Below are positions 48,465-55,123 of a stretch of 57,713 bases of DNA, in pieces; the first letter of the stretch is position 1, and each line of letters begins with the position of its first letter. The stretch is from a virus (taxonomy: Duplodnaviria; Caudoviricetes). A model generated the notes under the pieces. The model saw only the letters and a list, made by a program, of their open reading frames with translations, was not told the DNA's origin and did no database searches. Position numbers and translations under genes: made by a program. The DNA lies in the IMG/VR virus record IMGVR_UViG_3300020477_000028, positions 1 to 57,713 of that record; one strand, written 5' to 3'.

Positions 48465-48472
48465 CAAAAATA
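48465..48472 (-). promoter_or_regulatory. Bacteroidota -7 element upstream of the phosphoesterase gene
   Basis: Minus strand reads TATTTTTG-CG, about 30 nt upstream of the ATG at 48434. Confidence 0.45.
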
Positions 48473-48492
48473 TTAAAAACTTTTAAAATATC

Positions 48493-48747
48493 CTAATCAA
48501 GAGTGTTTAATTCATCAGCACGTTTTTCAGATGGCCATCCACAATTAGGCCCTACACTGATCTTACCATTACTCGCCATATGGTCCATAAATGCGTAAGT
48601 TCTGTGGTTAACTCCTGAACAACATCCTGTATTTTTCAAACATCTTCTTGCATGTAATCTTGCTATTAAATGCCCATTCGCAGAAACCCTTTTTGAAGGA
48701 TAATGAGATGGGTTACAAGCACACATATCTAATTTTGCTAAACTCAT
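48493..48747 (-). CDS. Small Cys/His-rich hypothetical protein
   Basis: 84 aa; overlaps the holin stop (ATGA coupling). Confidence 0.55.
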   Translation of the reverse strand: MSLAKLDMCACNPSHYPSKRVSANGHLIARLHARRCLKNTGCCSGVNHRTYAFMDHMASNGKISVGPNCGWPSEKRADELNTLD

Positions 48748-49139
48748 TTCTTTTTGGTTTTTTCAAGCGATCTTCCTCCAAAATAGGCTCCAATCACTGT
48801 TATTAATACTAATTGTAAAAGATCTGTCCATTTTTCTTCTACTTCAAATGCAATAGTACCAGCATCAATAAAAATTAATAACATAGTACATACTATTAAA
48901 AATATAAGAACTAAAGGTCTTACATTTTTAGAAAGCCAGGAATCAGAGTTCATATCAGCTGTCCATCTATCTGTTATATTTTTTTCCATAGCAGCTTCAT
49001 GGCTTGCAATAAGTTCCTGCATTTTTTGTTTAGCTTCTAGCTTTTCAGCTTTAGATGTATGTAAGTTATCTATAACTCCTCCTACACCCTCAACTAATTG
49101 AGCAGCTCCTCCACTAAATATTTTACTTAATATATTCAT
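48744..49139 (-). CDS. Holin (3TM, GTA-holin-like family)
   Basis: RWTADMNSDSWLSKNVRP, two hydrophobic helices, GAYFGGRSLEK and a basic tail. Confidence 0.8.
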   Translation of the reverse strand: MNILSKIFSGGAAQLVEGVGGVIDNLHTSKAEKLEAKQKMQELIASHEAAMEKNITDRWTADMNSDSWLSKNVRPLVLIFLIVCTMLLIFIDAGTIAFEVEEKWTDLLQLVLITVIGAYFGGRSLEKTKKK

Positions 49140-49145
49140 ATTTTT

Positions 49146-49232
49146 TTATTTACAACATTTTGATTTACACCATTTAAGGCAGACTTTACCAAATGTTATT
49201 GTACAAACTGCTTTACAAATAAATTTTTTCAT
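49146..49232 (-). CDS. Uncalled 28-aa cationic Cys-rich peptide MKKFICKAVCTITFGKVCLKWCKSKCCK
   Basis: Translated by hand: ATG at 49232, TAA at 49146-48; fills the gap between the 49237 ORF and the holin with 4- and 6-nt spacers. Confidence 0.6.
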   Translation of the reverse strand: MKKFICKAVCTITFGKVCLKWCKSKCCK

Positions 49233-49236
49233 ATTT

Positions 49237-49455
49237 TTATTTTTTGTTTGCGAATTTTTCAACTCCAGCTATACCGAAGCATCCTAATACAACCCATACA
49301 AATGAGTTATATACAAATTCATTTATTACTAAATCTTTGCCTACATAACCTGTAAGAAGATCTGCGAGCATTATTAAACACATAATTACAAATGCTACAA
49401 AGCCTATTATAGACTTTTCATTCCAATCGTTACTGTCTTTAAATATATTCATCAT
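49237..49455 (-). CDS. Small two-TM membrane protein (holin-like)
   Basis: Two hydrophobic stretches; C-terminal FGIAGVEKF and basic tail. Confidence 0.65.
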   Translation of the reverse strand: MMNIFKDSNDWNEKSIIGFVAFVIMCLIMLADLLTGYVGKDLVINEFVYNSFVWVVLGCFGIAGVEKFANKK

Positions 49456-51758
49456 TCTAAAATTATTTTATCAATTTTTATTATTTTATCTCTTACTTTT
49501 ATTACAGCTGTATATAACCCTTTACTAAAAGGCGTTATATCAATTCTATTCACATTTTCTTTGGAGAGTATTCTCTCTCCTAGTATAGTGTATAGCTCTA
49601 CGTCTACAAATATACTAAAATTCAAGGTACTTTTTGCTGGATTTGGCCATATAGTTAAATAATTATTAGCTTCTGTTATCGCGGTAGGCCATCCTTGCTG
49701 ACAATAGTTATATAAAATTTGACAACTATTATCCCACGCAGTGTTACAACAATAATTATCTACATCAATTACCCATGCATAACATCCATCATTTAACCAA
49801 TATGGATTACCTGGACCAGTTATACAACCTGCGTCATATAAACAAGAAGTAGAATCATCTACATTAGCTAATGGATCGTAGTTCCACGCATCTTGGTCCA
49901 TACAGCCTTCGACCACATCAATACACGAACCATTGTCAGTATTAGCCAACGAATCATAATTAAGAGCAGTACTATCGGTACAACCATAAATGTAAGGTAT
50001 ACAGCTAAAATCTTCGGTATTAGCGGATGGGTTGTAATTGAGCATAGAAGGATCAGTACAACCATAGATATAAGGAATACAAGTGTTATTGTCAGCATTG
50101 GCTAAAGGATTAAAGTTAAACATAGTAGAGTCCATACAGCCATATACAAAAGGCTCACAACTCCCATCATCTGTGTTACATGTATCACAATAATTATACA
50201 TAGTTGCATCTATACATCCATATATGAGTGGGATACATGTTGAATCGTCTACATTAGCATTTGGATTGTAATTAAAAGCTAATGGATTCATACACCCATA
50301 TATAATTGATATACATGATCCTGTAAGCTGAACATTCGCATTAGGATCATAATTTAAGGCTGTACTATCCATACAACCTACTACTATTAAAGTAGAACAA
50401 GAACCATCATCAAAATCAGCAGTAGAATCATATTCTAGATATAAAGGATTCATACATCCTGCTACATAATAACAAGATCCATCATCTGTATTTGCAGAAT
50501 CAATATAGTTTAAAGCAGTTGAATCTATACATCCAAATACTTTTTCTATACAAGTATTACCACAATTAGTTATTGCTGTATATGGAAATAAAGGCTGTAT
50601 AAAAGGAGGCTGAACGCTTATAAGAACATCACCTTCTGGATTCATTAATGTAAATCCACATTCTATAGTTGTTAAAGATGCTTGAGCAGTAATTAAAAAC
50701 CTTGCTACTATAAGTTCTGGAGCTGTTAAATCTAAATAATAAACATCATCAAATCCTCCTGTATGAGTAAATTGATATATCGAATCTTGAAATGTTATCT
50801 CTAAAGTAGATCCTACCCATCCATTACCCATTAAGTCATGAAGTATAAGAGTATATTGACAACTATCTATAAGATCCATTGAGTTAGCATTTGGATCATA
50901 ATTATACATAGTAGAGTCGGTACATCCAAATATTTTTAATACTTGGCAGCTACTATCATCTACAGTTGCAAATGGGTTAAATTCTAAATATGCAGGATCC
51001 ATACATCCGTATATAGGAAGGCAAGTATCAGATACAAATATATGAGTTGAATCACTTCCAAATGCTGGATCTATACCGTATACTAAAGTATCATTACATT
51101 GTGTTATATAATAAGAACCGTCTTGTCCTTGCCATAATGATCCATTTAATCCATCTCCATATGAATCAAAAATGGTAAAGTTTAAAGGTCCTACAGGAAT
51201 ACATACAGGGACAATAACAGTTCCATAGTCTGGTTGAGCTCCATAATTACCTCCAGAAGCTACTACAATGCCTAATGTATCTGTAATTTCCCAAGATGTT
51301 TCTGATTGATATTGATCTAAATTTATAATAACTGTAGCAGGAACACAAGGTCCAGGAGGAGGATTAGGCATACATTGAGGTACTGTTCTAGTTGAATATA
51401 AACCAGTTGTAAAACTAACAGTTGGATAATTTATAATAGTATCCTCACAAACTGCTACATAATAACTACCATCCATTCCATCACCATATGTATCTCTCAT
51501 TAAGAAAACAATAGTAGATGTACTATCAGGTATATAACATGTATCTGAATATGTTGTATTTGGAGCTGTATAATGCCCCGCAGATACTTCAGCTATAGTA
51601 TCTCCATAAAGAGAATCCTGCATTAGTATCCAATAAGTCTCTGAAGGATATGAATCAGTTGTTAAACTAACAACAGTTTGTTTTTGTCCAAAAGCAAACT
51701 GTATTGATAACAACATAAATATAAAAATTGCTAATATTGTATATAATATATTCTTCAT
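49452..51758 (-). CDS. Secreted repeat protein with signal peptide and T9SS type A-like C-terminal sorting domain
   Basis: N-terminal MKNILYTILAIFIFMLLSIQFAFG|Q; 11 GCxD/N..N(Y/F).P.A..DDGSC-type repeats; C-terminal TIWPNPA..YTILGE..IDI..FSKGLY..KIILE. Confidence 0.8.
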   Translation of the reverse strand: MKNILYTILAIFIFMLLSIQFAFGQKQTVVSLTTDSYPSETYWILMQDSLYGDTIAEVSAGHYTAPNTTYSDTCYIPDSTSTIVFLMRDTYGDGMDGSYYVAVCEDTIINYPTVSFTTGLYSTRTVPQCMPNPPPGPCVPATVIINLDQYQSETSWEITDTLGIVVASGGNYGAQPDYGTVIVPVCIPVGPLNFTIFDSYGDGLNGSLWQGQDGSYYITQCNDTLVYGIDPAFGSDSTHIFVSDTCLPIYGCMDPAYLEFNPFATVDDSSCQVLKIFGCTDSTMYNYDPNANSMDLIDSCQYTLILHDLMGNGWVGSTLEITFQDSIYQFTHTGGFDDVYYLDLTAPELIVARFLITAQASLTTIECGFTLMNPEGDVLISVQPPFIQPLFPYTAITNCGNTCIEKVFGCIDSTALNYIDSANTDDGSCYYVAGCMNPLYLEYDSTADFDDGSCSTLIVVGCMDSTALNYDPNANVQLTGSCISIIYGCMNPLAFNYNPNANVDDSTCIPLIYGCIDATMYNYCDTCNTDDGSCEPFVYGCMDSTMFNFNPLANADNNTCIPYIYGCTDPSMLNYNPSANTEDFSCIPYIYGCTDSTALNYDSLANTDNGSCIDVVEGCMDQDAWNYDPLANVDDSTSCLYDAGCITGPGNPYWLNDGCYAWVIDVDNYCCNTAWDNSCQILYNYCQQGWPTAITEANNYLTIWPNPAKSTLNFSIFVDVELYTILGERILSKENVNRIDITPFSKGLYTAVIKVRDKIIKIDKIILE
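49840..51012 (-). repeat. Array of about 26-aa GC(M/T/I)D..NY.P.A..DDGSC repeats (2 + 9 copies)
   Basis: Counted in the translation; two further copies lie at about 57510-57650 in the last ORF. Confidence 0.85.
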
Positions 51759-52103
51759 TTATTTTTTCTTTTTACCTCCCCAGTATTCGACAGCAAATCC
51801 TTCTTTAACTAGAGTTTCATTAATATTCATATCGTCTATATGAAGCGTGCCTAAAACTCGCCCATATTTTCCAACTTCTTTACTTTTTAATATAAATTCT
51901 CCTCCTTCTAAAAGTTCTTCTAATCTTGCTTTAGAAGCTAATCCTCTAGCTTTTTCTTCAAGATCTCTAGTTCTAGATTCTGGAGTATCTATTCCTGCAA
52001 GTCTTATTCTTTTAGATATAGTTATATCAAAGCCCAAATCTATATGGGCATCTACGGTATCTCCGTCAATTATTCTATCTAATTTTGCACTATAAGTATA
52101 CAT
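51759..52103 (-). CDS. Staphylococcal nuclease-like (thermonuclease) protein
   Basis: IIDGDTV, IRLAGIDTPE, GKYGRVLG and INETLVKEGFA motifs. Confidence 0.9.
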   Translation of the reverse strand: MYTYSAKLDRIIDGDTVDAHIDLGFDITISKRIRLAGIDTPESRTRDLEEKARGLASKARLEELLEGGEFILKSKEVGKYGRVLGTLHIDDMNINETLVKEGFAVEYWGGKKKK

Positions 52104-52105
52104 TA

Positions 52106-52462
52106 TTAAAAATCACTCATTAATAACTCGTCAATAGTACCTTGTACTTCTTTTCTAGTAGCTTTCATGCTAAAAGATATATCTGCTTGAAATCTCTTTA
52201 CTTCTTCTCCATCTTTAAATATAATAATAGTAGGTACTACAACTATTTCATATTTTTTTTGAATTTTTGGATCAGCTGCTATATCTATATATTTTATTTT
52301 ATCTACATCTGTTAATTCTTTTAACCATGTAACTTTATTTGCATCATTCCATTCTGCATTATATTGAGCTACAATTACTTGTGCTGAAGCCATAGAAGAG
52401 CTAAATAATAAAAATAATATTATCAGATACCCTGCAAGTATTTTCCAAACTGGATCTTTCAT
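52106..52462 (-). CDS. Exported thioredoxin-fold protein lacking CxxC
   Basis: Signal peptide ending ASA|Q; QYNAEWN in place of WCxxC; YEIVVVPTIIIFKDGEEVKRF cis-Pro region. Confidence 0.75.
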   Translation of the reverse strand: MKDPVWKILAGYLIILFLLFSSSMASAQVIVAQYNAEWNDANKVTWLKELTDVDKIKYIDIAADPKIQKKYEIVVVPTIIIFKDGEEVKRFQADISFSMKATRKEVQGTIDELLMSDF

Positions 52463-52466
52463 AATT

Positions 52467-52835
52467 TTATACGAAAGTCCCGTATTCTACCATAGTATCA
52501 GCTGCTGATGCCCACACTGTTATATCTACTGCCGCTTTCCAAGGAAAAAATGCCCATTCACCTGCACCTATTACTAAATCTACTTGAGCTACTGTAGCTG
52601 TAAATTTAACATTTAGTGTATTACTTGCGTGTTTATTCCTTATATATACTTTAGTACCTTCAGCATGATCCGCTTGTCCTAATAATAGTACTGCTGCACC
52701 ATCTGTAGTAGCATCCACTTCTTTTAATAGTATTCCTCCCTGTGTTACAGTCAAATCTTTTACTGTAGAACTTGCTAAGTTTGCAGTTGTTAGATCTGAA
52801 GAAGAAAGGGTTACTGTTGTTTTTAAAGTTCCCAT
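52467..52835 (-). CDS. Small beta-rich protein, paralog of 52864-53238
   Basis: SDLTT, VYIRN, GEWAFFPW and EYG shared with its neighbour. Confidence 0.7.
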   Translation of the reverse strand: MGTLKTTVTLSSSDLTTANLASSTVKDLTVTQGGILLKEVDATTDGAAVLLLGQADHAEGTKVYIRNKHASNTLNVKFTATVAQVDLVIGAGEWAFFPWKAAVDITVWASAADTMVEYGTFV

Positions 52836-52863
52836 TTTTTATATTTTTTTAATCGTTAATAAT

Positions 52864-53238
52864 TTATGCTCCAAATATTCCATACTCAATAATAGAGCCT
52901 TGAGTTGTTGCATATGCATTTATATCATCTCCTGCTGCTGACCATGGAAACCATGCCCACTCGCCTGGAGCTAATACCATATTATCTGCACCTCCTATTT
53001 CTAAATACACATTGTCTGTAGTTCCAGATTGACAGTTTTTTACATATACATAAGCACTTCCTGCATAATGAGTTTCTTCTGCAAGTTCTTCTTGTGAGCC
53101 TGTAGCAGTTCCCCAAAGTTTTCTACGATGGAGTCCTCCAGTAACTATAGATGTCAAAGTATTAAGAACAGTCACATCTAATGAATCTGTAGTCAGATCT
53201 GTAGATGTTAGTTTTAATGTTGATTTTACTGTTGCCAT
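52864..53238 (-). CDS. Small beta-rich protein, paralog of 52467-52835
   Basis: TDLTT, VYVKN, GEWAWFPW and EYG. Confidence 0.7.
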   Translation of the reverse strand: MATVKSTLKLTSTDLTTDSLDVTVLNTLTSIVTGGLHRRKLWGTATGSQEELAEETHYAGSAYVYVKNCQSGTTDNVYLEIGGADNMVLAPGEWAWFPWSAAGDDINAYATTQGSIIEYGIFGA

Positions 53239-53264
53239 TTTTATTTATTTTTAAAAGTTAATAA

Positions 53265-53540
53265 TTATTTTAATTCGTCTATTTTGTCTTCAATACGTCT
53301 TAAGTCTTCTTTGATTTCTTTAACATCATCTTCCGTATTTTCGATAGATTGACGTATATTAACATCTTTCATGTTAAATTCCATCCTAGTTACATCTGGT
53401 GCTGGAAGTTCTTTAGCGTCTTGTATATCAGATTGTAACATGAAATACATACTTATAAGAGTTGCCATTCCTATACCTATACCTATTAAAGTTTTTATGC
53501 TTAATTTAAAGCTAGTATCTTCGTTTAATTCTTTTGCCAT
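53265..53540 (-). CDS. Single-TM protein with C-terminal coiled coil
   Basis: Hydrophobic LIGIGIGMATLISMYFML followed by a heptad-rich tail. Confidence 0.65.
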   Translation of the reverse strand: MAKELNEDTSFKLSIKTLIGIGIGMATLISMYFMLQSDIQDAKELPAPDVTRMEFNMKDVNIRQSIENTEDDVKEIKEDLRRIEDKIDELK

Positions 53541-53541
53541 T

Positions 53542-53751
53542 TTAATCCCAAAATATTAAAGTTCCTATAATTCCTAATATCGCTACCCATACAGACCATA
53601 ATGTCTTTTGAGTACTCTTTCTAAAAGAAGTGTTTTTATTCACTCTCGCTATTGTACCATCATCAGGATCTAGAAGTCTTTTTTTAATAAATCTTACATC
53701 TTCTTTTAAATCCTGTATATCCTCATGTATCTGTTGGTTAGTTATTTTCAT
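53542..53751 (-). CDS. Small coiled-coil protein with C-terminal TM anchor
   Basis: IHEDIQDLKEDV.. then LWSVWVAILGIIGTLIFW. Confidence 0.65.
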   Translation of the reverse strand: MKITNQQIHEDIQDLKEDVRFIKKRLLDPDDGTIARVNKNTSFRKSTQKTLWSVWVAILGIIGTLIFWD

Positions 53752-54800
53752 AATATTATATAATTTATTCCAAATTTAAAATCATACCATTTTCTATTCC
53801 AGTATTTATTATATTTTCCTTCTATAAATGTTCCTAAACTTTTATTTATTTTCCATCCATATATTAAACCTCCTGAATAATCAGTCCATTGTCCGTCATT
53901 AAACTTATGATATGAATATTCATTTCCATCATCATAATGACGAGGTAATACATTTGCCCAACTATGAAACCAAAAGTTTTTAGTATAATGATAAAAATCA
54001 AATCCTATTACTAAAGAATGATTCCACTGTGGAGGTAAAGCATTTCTTTTCTTTTCTACATAATCTGATAATACTGTAGGTATTATTACTTCTTCCCATA
54101 TAGTAGTATTTGTAGCAACTATATTACCATTAGGATCTTTATATTCACTATTAAATACATCAATTTCATATCCTTCTTCTATTGCTAAATTGGTATAATG
54201 TATATCTCCTGTAGATAATACCCATTCTGCTAAAGGATCATATCCATAAGGTTCAGCAATACGTTGTACAGATCCTATATTAAAAGAAAGTTTTTTTCCT
54301 AATTTTTGTCTATATCTTTGTGAAGACTCAAAATATTCTATATCTGCAAATCCATCTTGTAAATATTCAGTTTTTACAATCCAACGATTAGCTACATATC
54401 TTAAAAAATGATGTTGATCTACATAATTTATTCCTTGTTGTCTTTTATAATCAGCTTCAAATAAGAATTCTAATCCTGATACTTTTCCTAAAGTAGCTGC
54501 ATCTGAAAAAGATGTTTCAGTTCCATCATAAAATGTATTAGCTCTATTTTCATATCCAAAACGAGCTATTTTACGTATTCCTACTGTAATAGAATAATCA
54601 AAAGGAGTTTCAATAGTTGAAGTTTCTAATCCATTTGTAACAGAAAATACATCTACATCTGAAATAGAATTTCCTCCATTTACAGCTCCATAAAAAGTAG
54701 AAAATTTAAAATATTTTTTAAATTTATTTTTTTTCGGAGCATCTTGTCCTATAGCAGCAAAACTACCTAATAAAAATAATATGAATAATAATTTTTTCAT
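53748..54800 (-). CDS. Putative outer-membrane beta-barrel protein
   Basis: Signal peptide MKKLLFILFLLGSFAAIG|Q, alternating aromatic/hydrophobic strands, C-terminal YDFKFGINYIIL resembling a beta-signal. Confidence 0.65.
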   Translation of the reverse strand: MKKLLFILFLLGSFAAIGQDAPKKNKFKKYFKFSTFYGAVNGGNSISDVDVFSVTNGLETSTIETPFDYSITVGIRKIARFGYENRANTFYDGTETSFSDAATLGKVSGLEFLFEADYKRQQGINYVDQHHFLRYVANRWIVKTEYLQDGFADIEYFESSQRYRQKLGKKLSFNIGSVQRIAEPYGYDPLAEWVLSTGDIHYTNLAIEEGYEIDVFNSEYKDPNGNIVATNTTIWEEVIIPTVLSDYVEKKRNALPPQWNHSLVIGFDFYHYTKNFWFHSWANVLPRHYDDGNEYSYHKFNDGQWTDYSGGLIYGWKINKSLGTFIEGKYNKYWNRKWYDFKFGINYIIL

Positions 54801-55121
54801 TTAACAACCTTCACTTAATTCTTCCTCTATACGTTCTATTAATTCACAGCTATATGGACAGGCATCATGAGGAAATGCATATACCATATTTGTTGAAGCT
54901 GGAGGTCCATAATTTTCAGCAGTTTGATTCTGAGCTCTTAATAACCAAAAAGCTTTTGAAAATAAATGTATTTTTTTCTCAGCTACAGGTTCACAAAGAT
55001 GCATAACTGCTGCATAATCAAACCATCTTTTTAATAAATTTGAATTCCATTTATCACAAGCAAAAATTTGACCTAAATCTTCGGAACAATTACAACAATC
55101 TGGGGATATATTAGCACTCAT
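54801..55121 (-). CDS. Cys-rich hypothetical protein
   Basis: 106-aa ORF abutting both neighbours. Confidence 0.6.
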   Translation of the reverse strand: MSANISPDCCNCSEDLGQIFACDKWNSNLLKRWFDYAAVMHLCEPVAEKKIHLFSKAFWLLRAQNQTAENYGPPASTNMVYAFPHDACPYSCELIERIEEELSEGC

Positions 55122-55123
55122 AA

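Noticed and set aside
49840-51012. CRISPR-like array or DGR template/variable repeats
   Set aside because: Repeats are conserved at protein level with degenerate codons; no identical DNA repeats with spacers and no reverse transcriptase in the window.
1968-53559. Short antisense or alternate-frame ORFs in the track (e.g. 1968-2186, 5566-5865, 13756-14166, 25259-25489, 31564-32046, 36487-36903, 49868-50098)
   Set aside because: They lie within long, well-supported genes and have shadow-ORF composition with no motifs.
53265-53751. Canonical i-spanin/o-spanin pair
   Set aside because: TM plus coiled-coil architecture is suggestive, but I found no lipobox-containing partner, so it is left unassigned.
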